Positions 38,924 to 48,812 of a DNA stretch of 64,000 nt are shown here, in pieces; the first letter of the stretch is position 1, and every line of letters starts with the position of its first letter. The notes beneath the pieces are model-generated. The model saw only the letters and a list, made by a program, of their open reading frames with translations. It did no database searches and was not told where the DNA came from. This DNA is from a bacterium (GTDB lineage Bacteria > UBA8248): positions 2,240,001 through 2,304,000 of the forward strand of contig OY843592.1 of assembly GCA_963692865.2 (NCBI GenBank), read 5' to 3'. A program made the translations under genes and the position numbers.

Positions 38924-38965
38924 GTATGCAGCCCCGACAGGTGAGATAATCGCCAGGTTCTCAAC

Positions 38966-39331
38966 ATGGCGCGGGAAATTCCCGTTTCTGGGATATTGGG
39001 GGATATTGAAGATCGTGGGGAACGGGGCGGATTGCTTTATATCGCCCAGGCCGAAGTCAAGCCGGTGATCGCGAAAGCGGACGCGGAAGTCAGAAGACTC
39101 GACGCCATGGACGGGCAACTTCAGAAACAAGTCACCGAAGTCAAATTGAATCTGAGAGAGAGGCTAAAGCAGATCAATACGGACCTGAACGCGTTCAAGG
39201 CCCAAACGCATGCTGATTTCAAAACGGTGGCGACCAAAGATGACCTGAAAAATCTGAGAGAAAAACTTCTCACCCCACAACAGCTTCGAAGCATCATGAG
39301 AGAAGTGCTGGAGGAACAACGCGCGCGATAA
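38966..39331 (+). CDS. Hypothetical coiled-coil protein
   Basis: 121-aa ORF with heptad-rich sequence and an ATKDDL motif, lower GC than its neighbours, followed by a terminator. Confidence 0.6.
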   Translation: MAREIPVSGILGDIEDRGERGGLLYIAQAEVKPVIAKADAEVRRLDAMDGQLQKQVTEVKLNLRERLKQINTDLNAFKAQTHADFKTVATKDDLKNLREKLLTPQQLRSIMREVLEEQRAR

Positions 39332-39364
39332 GGCCAAGCAAGTTATCAAATGCTCTATCCACAC

Positions 39365-39398
39365 AATCGCCCCTGGCCAAAAACAGGGGCGATTTTTT
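39365..39398 (+). terminator. Rho-independent terminator
   Basis: AATCGCCCCTG-loop-CAGGGGCGATT stem followed by a T-run, between convergent genes. Confidence 0.75.
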
Positions 39399-39463
39399 GT
39401 GGAAGCCGGAATATCCGCCTGTCCAAGCCAAAATCCGTAAGAGTGGCGAGAGAGTCTGCGTTC

Positions 39464-40219
39464 TCACACCATCGTCGCGCCGCCGTTCACGTCGAGCGTG
39501 ACGCCGGTGATGTAGCCCGCCTCCCTGCTGCAAAGGAAAACCACGGCTTCGGCGATTTCGTGGGGTTCGGAGAGTCTGCCCGCGGGCGATGATTTCTCGA
39601 TGTGGGCGATGCGCTCGGGCGTCCTGATGCCGAGCGTCCTGGGCGTGCGCACGTTCGCGGGCGCTACGGCGTTCACGGTGATTCCGTGCGGGCCGAGTTC
39701 GCGCGCCGCCTGGCGGGTCAGGCCGAGCACGCCCGCCTTGGCGGCGGTGTAATGCGGCGGATTCGGGTTCACGCCGCTGCGCGCCGCCATGCTGGAGAGG
39801 GTGACGAAGCGTCCGTATTTCGCCTCTACCATCAGGGGCGCTACGGCCTTCAGGAGATAGAACATCGACTTGAGGTTCGAGTCGACCACGCCGTCCCACG
39901 CCTCCACGGGGCAGTCCAGCAGGCTCACGTACTGCGGAAACCCCCCTGCGCTGTGCACGAGAACTTCAATACTGCCGACACGGCTATTCACCTCGTTTAC
40001 CGAGGCGAGGGTCGCCTTCCAGTCGGTGAGATCGACCACGGCGGCGTGGGCCGCGCCACCGCTTTCGTTGATGGATTCGGCCACCGCTTCGGCGCCTTCG
40101 GCGTTGAAATCCATCACGGTCACTTCCGCCCCTCTTTGGGCCAGGATTCTCGCCGTGGATTCGCCGATTCCCGTCGCAGCGCCCGTAACGATGGCGCTTT
40201 GCCCCTCGAAACCGCTCAT
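39464..40219 (-). CDS. Short-chain dehydrogenase/reductase (FabG-like)
   Basis: Motifs TGAATGIG, SS, YTAAK and VNAVAP. Confidence 0.92.
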   Translation of the reverse strand: MSGFEGQSAIVTGAATGIGESTARILAQRGAEVTVMDFNAEGAEAVAESINESGGAAHAAVVDLTDWKATLASVNEVNSRVGSIEVLVHSAGGFPQYVSLLDCPVEAWDGVVDSNLKSMFYLLKAVAPLMVEAKYGRFVTLSSMAARSGVNPNPPHYTAAKAGVLGLTRQAARELGPHGITVNAVAPANVRTPRTLGIRTPERIAHIEKSSPAGRLSEPHEIAEAVVFLCSREAGYITGVTLDVNGGATMV

Positions 40220-40286
40220 TGCGCTTTCCTTTTCTCGAAAAAACGGCGCGCGGCGACCCGTAAGCCGCCGCGCGCCGACGGATTGA

Positions 40287-41300
40287 CTAGCCTTCCTGCA
40301 TCTTCAGGATGCGGTTGATGAGGTCGATGCCGCCCACCTTGTCGGCGAACATCTTGTGGACGGGCCTTACGGCCGCGCGGAAGGGCTTGAGATCCGGCGT
40401 TGCGATCGTGAGTCCCTTCGCCGCAAACCCTTTCATGATGTCTTTTTCGTTTTCTTCCGCATAGGCGTTCGCCCAGGCGATGGTGTCGCGCGCGGCCATG
40501 AGGACGGCCTTCTGCATGGCTTTTGGCAGCTTGTTGTAATACTTGTCGTTCATGATGAGCGCGCCGGCAACGAGCTGGTGCCGGGTGATGGAGAGGTATT
40601 TCTGCACCTCGTAGAGTTTCATCGCCCACGCCCAGCTCGACCCGCCGTCGTGGCCGTCCACCGTTTTGGTGCTGAGCGCGCTGAAGAGCTCCGTCGGCGC
40701 CATGCCGATGGTGCTGCCGCCGAGCGCCTTGTACGTTTGCACCATGATGGGGTTTTTCGCGATCCGCATGCGCAAGTCGCCCAAATCGGCGGGCTTCATG
40801 ATCGGGTGTTTGCTGTTCATCATGTTCCGGAAGCCCGTGGCGACGAAGCCGAGCACGCGGATGCCCGATTTCTTGCGGAAATTCTCTCCGATGGTTCGGC
40901 CGATGTCGCTGTTGAACACCTTGGCGGCGCCCTTGAAGCTGCCGAACATGAAGGGCAGGGTGAAGATGTCGAGCCGCCTGTCGAATGCCGTGATGTTGTT
41001 GGACGCCACGATCTGCATCTGTATGGAGCCGAGCTGCACCTTCTTGGCGGCCACGCGGTCCTTGCCGAGCTGGGAGGAAGGGAATATCTGGATGTCGATG
41101 TCCCCCCTGGAATAGACCTGCAGGTTCTTCTGCATGGTGAGAGCCGTAGCCTGGTAGAGAAGCTGCGGCTTGGGCGGGTTGTTGTGGGCGAACTTCATCA
41201 CGTACTTGGCCGCCTCGACCTCGGGCGCGGCGAAGCCGACGAGGCCCGCGATGAGGATGACGCTCACCATGACCGTGAACCCTTTTTTCAGATGTCGCAT
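40287..41300 (-). CDS. dctP: TRAP transporter solute-binding protein DctP
   Basis: GGAGG RBS, signal peptide, IFPSSQLG, LPFMF, GFRN, DL..LRMR and ELFSAL...TVDG. Confidence 0.92.
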   Translation of the reverse strand: MRHLKKGFTVMVSVILIAGLVGFAAPEVEAAKYVMKFAHNNPPKPQLLYQATALTMQKNLQVYSRGDIDIQIFPSSQLGKDRVAAKKVQLGSIQMQIVASNNITAFDRRLDIFTLPFMFGSFKGAAKVFNSDIGRTIGENFRKKSGIRVLGFVATGFRNMMNSKHPIMKPADLGDLRMRIAKNPIMVQTYKALGGSTIGMAPTELFSALSTKTVDGHDGGSSWAWAMKLYEVQKYLSITRHQLVAGALIMNDKYYNKLPKAMQKAVLMAARDTIAWANAYAEENEKDIMKGFAAKGLTIATPDLKPFRAAVRPVHKMFADKVGGIDLINRILKMQEG

Positions 41301-41326
41301 GTCTTGCCTCCTTTTTGTTCGTCTCC

Positions 41327-42613
41327 TCATCTGCCGAGAATCAGGTTCGGCAGTATCAGGGAGATGATGGGGAAATACGAGAGTATGATAATGCAAAGGA
41401 ACATGGTCGCGATGAAGGGAAGGACGGCCTTGGCGATGGCGCCCAGCGTGGTGTCCGCGATGCCCATCGCCACGAACAGGCTCGTGCCCAGAGGCGGCGT
41501 GAGGTAGCCGATCTCGCAGTTCACCACGAACACGATGCCGAAGTGGATGGGGTCTATCCCCGCCGCCAGGATGACGGGCAGGAACATCGGCGTGAGGATG
41601 ATGACCTGCGCCATCGTGTTCAGCCACATTCCCACGAAGGTGAGGAAGAGGCTGATGAGCATGAGGATCAGGAACGGCGAAGTCGTCACGCGCTGGATGA
41701 AGGCCGTCACCAACTGGGGAATCTGGTGGATGGTGATGAGCTCGCCGAATGCGAGCGACGCTCCCCAGATGATGGCGATGGTTCCGGTGACGAGCGCCGC
41801 GATTTCGAGACACTCGCGCGTTCTTCGCCAGTCGAGTTCCCTGTAGACGAACATGCCGACCACCCAGCCGTAGAGCACGGCGATGACGGCGCTCTCCGTC
41901 GGCGTAACGAAGCCGCCGTAGATGCCTCCGATGATGACGCCGGGCGCCAGGAGCGCCCAGCGCGAGTCCCAGATGGTGCGAAGCGTGCGCGCGACGGAGA
42001 AAGGCTCGGAATCCGATTCCACCGTCATGAAGCGCGCCATGATCGTGGCGCAGCACATCAGCATGCAGCCCAGCAGGATGCCGGGGAGAAAGCCCGCGAT
42101 GAACAGCCGCGTCACGGACTGATCGGCGCTGACGCCGTAGACGATCAGGGTGATGCTCGGCGGTATGAGGATGCCGAGCGTCCCCCCGCAGGCGGAGACG
42201 GCGCCCGAGTAATTCCTGTCGTACTGGCGTCTGAGCATGGTGGGGATCATGAGACCGCCCACGGCGGCCGTCGTGGCGGGGCCGGAACCCGATATGGCCG
42301 AGAAAAGCATGCACGCGAGTATGGTGACGTGGGCGAGGCCGCCCTGCACGTTGCCCACGAAGCAGTCCGCCACCGAGATGAGGCGCTTGCTGATGCCGCC
42401 TTTCTCCATGAGCGCGCCTGCGAGCAGGAACATGGGCACGGCGATGAAGGGGAACTTGTCCAGCCCGTCGTAATAGGAGAGCGCCAGGCTCTCGAAATGC
42501 TCCCCGGTGGCGTAGTAGACGAGAATCGAGGCCAGCCCCAGGGAGACGCCCACGGGCACGCGGATGAAGAGGAACACCGCGAGTGAGCCGAGCAGCAGGA
42601 GAGGCATGTTCAT
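41327..42613 (-). CDS. dctM: TRAP transporter large permease DctM
   Basis: Motifs AVPMFLLAG, SGSGPAT, LIPPSI, TPTES, GIDPIHFG and TPPLG. Confidence 0.93.
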   Translation of the reverse strand: MNMPLLLLGSLAVFLFIRVPVGVSLGLASILVYYATGEHFESLALSYYDGLDKFPFIAVPMFLLAGALMEKGGISKRLISVADCFVGNVQGGLAHVTILACMLFSAISGSGPATTAAVGGLMIPTMLRRQYDRNYSGAVSACGGTLGILIPPSITLIVYGVSADQSVTRLFIAGFLPGILLGCMLMCCATIMARFMTVESDSEPFSVARTLRTIWDSRWALLAPGVIIGGIYGGFVTPTESAVIAVLYGWVVGMFVYRELDWRRTRECLEIAALVTGTIAIIWGASLAFGELITIHQIPQLVTAFIQRVTTSPFLILMLISLFLTFVGMWLNTMAQVIILTPMFLPVILAAGIDPIHFGIVFVVNCEIGYLTPPLGTSLFVAMGIADTTLGAIAKAVLPFIATMFLCIIILSYFPIISLILPNLILGR

Positions 42614-43104
42614 CGCTCTTCCTCCTGCTTTTCGACCTCGTAGACCACTTCGGGGCCGCCCTGGACGTAGACGCGGTACATGTACTGGGCGAGGCGTATG
42701 GTCATCAGCCCGAACCCGATGGGGATGATGGCGTGCACGGCGGCTTCGGGTATCTGGAGGATGTCGGTCTCCGACCAGACGTCGATTTCGCTTTTCACGA
42801 AAAGGAAGCCGAAGTACGTCATCAGGACGTTGAAAGCCATCCACAGGCAGTCGGAGAAAAAGACTATCGGGCGCGCCCAGGAGGCGGGCGTCAGCATCTC
42901 GATGGCGTTCACGCGGATGTGGCGGCCCTGGAGGATGATCCAGCTGATCGTCAGGTAGATGAACCAGATGAAGACGATGCGCGAGAACTCCTCGATCCAG
43001 CTGATCGAGGTGAAGAAGATGTAGCGCGCGATGACCTGGGCGGTGAGCATGAGGGTGAGTGATAGAAGAAGAATCCAGGAGAGGTTTCGTTCGATGTTTC
43101 GCAC
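42610..43104 (-). CDS. dctQ: TRAP transporter small permease DctQ
   Basis: QVIARY, WIEE.SR..FIW and HIRV; 4 TM segments. Start position is approximate. Confidence 0.85.
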   Translation of the reverse strand: MRNIERNLSWILLLSLTLMLTAQVIARYIFFTSISWIEEFSRIVFIWFIYLTISWIILQGRHIRVNAIEMLTPASWARPIVFFSDCLWMAFNVLMTYFGFLFVKSEIDVWSETDILQIPEAAVHAIIPIGFGLMTIRLAQYMYRVYVQGGPEVVYEVEKQEEER

Positions 43105-43315
43105 GATTGGCTTTCCCGTCTTGCTCGAGGAATGGAGCCCTTGCACGCCTGTATGTGATGAATAAATCCAGTCTAGTTTGTTTCGACTCGGATGGTCAAT
43201 GCGAGAAGGGTTTTCGGGATGGGGCGTGAGTAGGCTGAAAGGGCGGGGTCGATACGGCGGCATACGATTGTGAAATGACCCTCAAAGGGAGAGGGAATTC
43301 GAACGCGCACCCCAC

Positions 43316-43868
43316 CGTAGGGGCCGTTCGAGAACGGCCCTCCTCGGAGGAGAGGGTACTTCACGAAGTGCCCCTACGGGTTCGGTTTGAAACGCGACAG
43401 GCACGGAGGCCTTCCCCTGCGGCGGGCGAAGCGGCGTATCGAAGGCCTGTCCTGAGCCTCTCGGAGGGGGTGTTCACGGGTCCGCGCCCTTCATTGCGGC
43501 GTCGTTGCCGCTCCTGTTGTAGGGGCCGGGTTCGACAGGAGCGAGAGGAATCGTCTGCGCCGCACGCGAATCAAAAACCACTCCTCCTTGCAAGCCCCCC
43601 CCTTGAGGGGGTTGTTGAAAAACCCCTCCTCGCTCGAAATTGGCCTTTGCCGTCATTCCGGCGAAAGCCGGAATCCATTTGCGGATGCGGGTGAATGAAC
43701 GACGGCATTCCATTCCCCGCCGATGCGCAGGAACCCTGACGAAAGGCAAAAGGCGTAAAAATGGATTCCGGCTTTCGCCGGAATGACGGTGAACACTCTC
43801 GATTGGGGGTCAACAACTCCTCCCCGGTCGGGTTCGACCTTATTCATTGAGACTTTTTCAACAGACCC
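43316..43868. repeat. REP cluster plus a TIR-bounded MITE-like element (43608-43868) carrying a GTCATTCCGG doublet
   Basis: GTAGGGGCCG...GCCCCTAC at 43317-43377; TIRs at 43608 and 43854-43868; inverted pair near 43651-43678 and 43762-43788. Confidence 0.78.
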
Positions 43869-44462
43869 TCATAAGGCGAGTTTTTCTCGTCTCGAAGGTG
43901 GTTGCTCGGTTCTAGGCTGGTCGGCGAGTGAATTCCTCTCCCAGAAAACGCCGTCAGCGTATCCTTGAATTTTTTGATCCGAGTCGGCCATCTCCAGACG
44001 CTTGAGCGCCCAGCAGCAGTATTCCTCGTTGATTTCTATGCCGCAATAATTTCTGCCCGGCTTTTTGGCGACTGCGGCGGTAGTTCCGCTGCCCAGAAAC
44101 GGGGCGATGAGGGTGGACGTTTTCCAGTCGGAGCATACATATACCGATGCGGTCGGCTTGAGCGTCGGGGTCAGAAGCGCGAGAGCGCGCTCGAACCATT
44201 CCCGGTAATCCGCCTTGCCCTTTTCCTTGAAAAGGCGGTCGCCATAGTTTTTGGACAGGTTGTATGGGGGGTCGAGAACGAGCAGATCGATGAACCCCCG
44301 GGGAAGGTTTTCCGCTACCTCGAACGTGTCCCCGCAAATGATTCTTCCGCCGACACTCCCGGTTCGGGCCAGTTCATCGGGGTAGAGGATTTTGGCCGCC
44401 AGACGAGCCTTTTCCTCCGGCGCGCACGTCAGCGTTCGGTTTCTCGGGGCCCTTCGCTTCAT
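43869..44462 (-). pseudogene. Beta-class N4/N6 DNA methyltransferase with an apparent in-frame internal deletion
   Basis: IICGD, DLLVLDPPYN (motif IV), PFLGSGTT (motif I) and GIEINEEYC are present. Only 54 residues separate motifs IV and I, and the HPTQKP segment is absent. Confidence 0.75.
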
Positions 44463-44636
44463 GTCGAGCCACGCTTCGGTTTGTGGGGCGGTTTGGTCAT
44501 CGTCGGGCTAATATGATGCAGGATATTCTAACTCCCGTCGTCGAAAAGTCCAAGGCGCGTCCTTTGAAGGCGCGACCGGTCGAAAGAGCGCGACCCCGGC
44601 GCTTTCGCGGCTATCTTCGTGTGAGGCGCGAACTTC

Positions 44637-45818
44637 TCAACCGAAGGTTTCACCGAAGGATTCCCACAGCCCTTCCTTGGTTTCGGCGATCACCAAGTCG
44701 ACCACCTGGCGCAGGGCTTCTTCCTCGCTGTCTCCCTCCAGGCGGCGGAGACGGTAGAGATCGGCCTGACGATCCGCGCCGCTGCCCTCGCGGATGATGG
44801 TGAGCGCGCGGCGGATTTCGGCCTCGCAGCCTAGCGCGCGGGCGTCGGGCTCGAGTTTCTCGACGAGTTCGCGCATGAAGTCGTCGATGTCCACCCGCGC
44901 GTTCTCGCGCGTCGTATCGCCGAAGAAGGAGAGCGTTCCGTAGCGCTGGGCGACCCAGCGGTTCTCTGCGATGATCTCGGTGAGCGGTTCGGGCGGCAGC
45001 GCGCCCGCTTCGTCCTCGCGCATGAGCCGGCGCAGGAGGGAGGCGTAGAGCGCCGTGATGCAGACGGCGTCCTCGATGCGGGGGCAGATGTCGCAGATGC
45101 GAAGTTCCACCGTCGGGAAGGCGTGGGCGGGGCGGATGTCCCACCAGAGTTCGGAGCCGCTCTCGATGAACTTCATCTGCCGGTATTCGTCGAGGATTTC
45201 CTCGTATTCCGCCCGGGAGCGCAGCGGGCCGGGCAGGCTGGTGCGCGGGAGGCCGCCGAGGAGGTTGAGACGATAGGACTTGTAGCCCGTGTCGTGTCCG
45301 CCGTTGAAGGGCGAGGAGGTGGAGAGCGCGTGGAGGGCGGGCAGGTAGCGGCGCATCGCCGTCATGACCCGGATGCGCGATTCGGGGTCGCCGAAGCCCG
45401 CGTGGATGTGCATTCCGCCGATGACCATGCGGCGGATGGTCTCCTGAAACGTCACCGCGAAGCGCTCGTAGCGCTCCTTCTGCGTGACCGCCAGCGACCG
45501 CCACTGCGCGAAGGGGTGGGTGGAGGCGGCCATCACCGAGGCTCCGTGCGCCTGCGCCGCCTCGATGACGACCCGCCGGGTCTCGCGCAGCGCCTCGCGC
45601 GCCTCGGCCACCGAAGCGCACACCCGGGTGTTGGTCTCTATCTGGGAGCGAAGCAATTCCCGCGTGATCTTGTGCGGCCCCATCCCGGCCTCGCAGGCCT
45701 CGAAGATGGCCGAGTCGGGGTCGATGAGGAGATCGCGCGATGCGGGGTCGATGAGAAAGAACTCCTCCTCCACCCCGAGGGTGATCGCTAGGTCTTCCCG
45801 ATTCTCGGCGTCGCTCAC
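44637..45818 (-). CDS. ybdK: Carboxylate-amine ligase (YbdK / GCS2 family)
   Basis: Motifs TLGVEEEFFLID, QIETNT, STHPF, GMHIHAG, SSPF, WWDIRP...FPTVELRICD and ENRW.AQRYG. GTG start after AGGAG. Confidence 0.92.
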   Translation of the reverse strand: MSDAENREDLAITLGVEEEFFLIDPASRDLLIDPDSAIFEACEAGMGPHKITRELLRSQIETNTRVCASVAEAREALRETRRVVIEAAQAHGASVMAASTHPFAQWRSLAVTQKERYERFAVTFQETIRRMVIGGMHIHAGFGDPESRIRVMTAMRRYLPALHALSTSSPFNGGHDTGYKSYRLNLLGGLPRTSLPGPLRSRAEYEEILDEYRQMKFIESGSELWWDIRPAHAFPTVELRICDICPRIEDAVCITALYASLLRRLMREDEAGALPPEPLTEIIAENRWVAQRYGTLSFFGDTTRENARVDIDDFMRELVEKLEPDARALGCEAEIRRALTIIREGSGADRQADLYRLRRLEGDSEEEALRQVVDLVIAETKEGLWESFGETFG

Positions 45819-46070
45819 GTCAATCTCCTTTCGGGCGGCGCGGCCCAGCCGCCAGTTGGTGCTTTGCGCGCGCAAAGTCGCGGGTCGGTTCGCTCCAGTA
45901 TCTTGCGCGACCGGGTCGGGCGGAACCCGAATCTTTCGCCTCGGGCAGGCGGCCGCCCGATCCTTCTCCCGTCTCCGGAAGGCGCGCCCGGTCGAATCCA
46001 CCGAGAGCGCTAAGACTACTCTATCATTTCCGGCATTCGTGAATCCAGGAATCAGGGCGGAGCGAACCGC

Positions 46071-47303
46071 TTACGAATGATGAACCGCCCTCTCTCTCGT
46101 CCCGCCGAGGCTCGTGAGGGCGAAGGGCAGCATGAGAAGCGCCGCGACGACGCCCACCCCCACCAAGCCGAAGGCGTCCACGCAAAGGCCGATGGTGGGA
46201 GCGAGCGCCATGGCGAGAATCGATTTCGCCTGCGTCTCCACGGAGAGTATCGTCGCGCCCGCCTCGGGCGTGCTGTGGGCGTCGATGCGGCTGATGAGCA
46301 CGGGGCGCCAGAAGTTCTGGAGCACCGCCAGGGCGACGAAGCCCGCGATGACCACCGACTCCCAGCCCGTCCACAGCCCCCAGGCGAGAGCCGCGTAGAT
46401 GAGGGCGGTGGCGCCCCAGAGCGATTTCGCGGCCGATTCCTCGGAACCCGTGGCGGCGACCAAGCGGTGCCCGCCGCGCGAGGCGAAGCTCGACAGCAGG
46501 TGCAGGACGAAGTAGACCGTCCCCATCAGAATGGCCACGCGCTGTTGCTGCTGCCAGGCGGCGAGCAGGGCCAGCCCCAAGGCGGCCTGCTGGATGACGG
46601 GCTGGATGTAGTCCTTCGCCACCTTGTAGGTGCCCTCGTAGCTCATGGACTCCACAAGGATGCCGCGCAGCGGCCTGTCGGTGAACGCCATGCGCATGGA
46701 GTCTTTCAGGTGTACCCACACGCTCGGGATTTTCGCGTCCGCCGCGCGCGCGCCTTCGAGTTCTTTGGGGTATCCCATGAAGTTCACGATGTTGAGCGCA
46801 TAGGGGATGACGGCGAGCAGGAAAATGTCGCTGTAGCGCGCGCCGGTGAAGATGAACGCGCTCGCTATGACGACCGAGACGGCAGAGCCTATCTTCGACC
46901 AAGAGCGCGTGAAGCCGTAGACGCGGGTGCGCTCCTCTTCGCGGCCCTGAATCCTCAGCCATTCGAATATCATCGCCTTGTGCGTGCCCGTGCGGAACGA
47001 GTCGCCGAGAGCGAAGGCGAACATCGCGAGGAAAAGCGCGGCGAAAGACGCCGAAAGGCCGAAGATGAGGAACGAGGCGATGTAGGCGAGGAAGGAGAAG
47101 ATCATCGAGCGCCTTCTGCCGTAGAGGTCGGCCACCGCGCCGCTCGGTATCTCGAAGATGTTGATGCACACCTCGCGGAAGCCGATGAGAATCCCGATCT
47201 GGAAAAAGGAGAGGTCTTTTTCCAGGAAGGCGAGGATGAGGAAGGGCTCGAAATAGGTCTGGTTCTTGAGGAAGCCGTACAACGAGAACCGGAACAGCAT
47301 CAT
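46071..47303 (-). CDS. MFS transporter
   Basis: EIPSGAVADLYGRRRS (MFS motif A variant) and FRTGTHKA; about 12 TM segments. Confidence 0.9.
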   Translation of the reverse strand: MMLFRFSLYGFLKNQTYFEPFLILAFLEKDLSFFQIGILIGFREVCINIFEIPSGAVADLYGRRRSMIFSFLAYIASFLIFGLSASFAALFLAMFAFALGDSFRTGTHKAMIFEWLRIQGREEERTRVYGFTRSWSKIGSAVSVVIASAFIFTGARYSDIFLLAVIPYALNIVNFMGYPKELEGARAADAKIPSVWVHLKDSMRMAFTDRPLRGILVESMSYEGTYKVAKDYIQPVIQQAALGLALLAAWQQQQRVAILMGTVYFVLHLLSSFASRGGHRLVAATGSEESAAKSLWGATALIYAALAWGLWTGWESVVIAGFVALAVLQNFWRPVLISRIDAHSTPEAGATILSVETQAKSILAMALAPTIGLCVDAFGLVGVGVVAALLMLPFALTSLGGTRERAVHHS

Positions 47304-47534
47304 CGGCCGAACCCTCCTTCCCTCCAATTTCGCGCCCGCGCCCCTCTCGCGCAAGGGCAGGGGGACAAGAGGCGGCCGGCGCGCGCCCGAACTTCATCCC
47401 CCACGGCGCGCATAGGCCATTGTAGCGAAAATTTTCTCGCTTGCGGGATGTTTTTTCGGCGGCCTGGCGTGGGGGGTGAGCGTTTTCCGTGGCGAAGGGA
47501 TGCGCTTGTGGGTTGTTTCGATTCGTAAGGTTTT

Positions 47535-47652
47535 GTAGGGGCGGGCCTCTGTGCCCGCCCGTGTTTTGAAACCTGTAGTCGGGAAACCTGGTTGAATTGT
47601 CTGCTCCTGTGGTTACTACTGGTCAGGACAGGCACGGGGGCCTGTCCCTACG
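47535..47652. repeat. GTAG-type REP doublet
   Basis: GTAGGGGCGGGCCTCTGTGCCCGCCC ... GGACAGGCACGGGGGCCTGTCCCTAC. Confidence 0.75.
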
Positions 47653-47672
47653 CTTCTCCGACGTTTTGTTTC

Positions 47673-48557
47673 TCAGCGGATGCGCCAGCCGATGAGCGCG
47701 GCGCCTATCACCATGCACGCCGTGCCGACGAGGATGGCGGGCGTGATGCGCTCCACGCTCCTGAGCAGGAAGTAGCTCATGATCAGGCTGAAGACGGGGG
47801 CCGTCGAGGTGAGCGGGGAGACGATGGAGAGATCGCCGATGCTTATGGCGGTGAAGTGCAGGAAAAACCCGAGCGCGTTCAGCAGCCCGCACAGCCCGAA
47901 GATGTACCAGGCCTTGGGGCGGTCGAACTGGTCGGGTTTCTGGTCTTTCGGAAAAAGCGGTATGAAGGTGACCAGGAAGACGAATCCCGCCAGCGTCGTG
48001 AGGGTGGCGCCCATGACGGGCGCCTCGACGTGGGCGAAGGCGAGTTTCCTGAAAAGGAACGAGAACGCGGCGGTGACGGCGCTGAAGAAAGCCAGCACGA
48101 GGTGTTTTCTCTTCCACGTGGTGTCGTCCGGCTTCTTGTAGCTGAGGGCGGCGCTGCCCAGGACGATGAAGAGCGTGCCCGCCAGGATGAGCGCGCCGGG
48201 CCGCTCGCCCAGGAAGGCGATGGCGAGCGAGGTGGAGAACAGGGGCGTCAGCGAGACGAACGGCATCGCCCGCGCGACGCCCAGGTAGGAGATGCTCAAA
48301 TACAGAAACACGCGCGACATCGCCGGCCCCGTGAGGCCCGCCAGCGCGAAGAAGAAAAACGCTTGCAAGTTCCACCATTCGGGCTGCCAGTAGTACCATG
48401 TGACGGCGAGCATGACGGGGAGCGAGGTGAACAGGCCGATGAAGACGCCCGTGAGCGCGTTGGCGTGCTCGCCGCCCTTCCTGATGCAAACGCTGAAGGC
48501 GGCGAAGACCACGGCGGTGGACATGGCGTAGGATGCGGCGACGAGCTGGGGGTTCAT
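47673..48557 (-). CDS. DMT/EamA family transporter
   Basis: Two EamA repeats; clearly paralogous to 17756-18631 (GVARAMP, LGERPG, GDLSIVSP). Confidence 0.88.
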   Translation of the reverse strand: MNPQLVAASYAMSTAVVFAAFSVCIRKGGEHANALTGVFIGLFTSLPVMLAVTWYYWQPEWWNLQAFFFFALAGLTGPAMSRVFLYLSISYLGVARAMPFVSLTPLFSTSLAIAFLGERPGALILAGTLFIVLGSAALSYKKPDDTTWKRKHLVLAFFSAVTAAFSFLFRKLAFAHVEAPVMGATLTTLAGFVFLVTFIPLFPKDQKPDQFDRPKAWYIFGLCGLLNALGFFLHFTAISIGDLSIVSPLTSTAPVFSLIMSYFLLRSVERITPAILVGTACMVIGAALIGWRIR

Positions 48558-48680
48558 CCGGTTCTCGGGGTTGAAGGCGTTCTCGGGACGTTGTGCGCAA
48601 TAATTTCGGCGAGCCTCAATCTACAGCCTGCGCGCCCGCTTGGGAAGAGCGGGGCGGAATTGACCCGCGGCCCCTTTCTT

Positions 48681-48736
48681 TTTTCATGAATTTTTTACGA
48701 TTTTGTAACGCGCGCGCCACGGCGGGCCGTTATAAT
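48681..48736 (+). promoter_or_regulatory. Putative Pho-box promoter of phoX
   Basis: 7-mers TTTTCAT, TTTTTAC, TTGTAAC and GCGCCAC at exact 11-bp spacing (48681, 48692, 48703, 48714), then 10 bp to a perfect TATAAT at 48731. Confidence 0.6.
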
Positions 48737-48812
48737 CCGCCCCGATGAAGAGACCGCCCGGAGCAGGCGCGCCTGCGGGCAGGCCCGAATCTCACAACGT
48801 GGGGGATGAGAG

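Noticed and set aside
40287-42314. 675-aa ORF suggesting a DctM-DctP fusion
   Set aside because: The upstream part is an Arg/His-rich shadow frame over dctM. DctP starts at 41300 after GGAGG.
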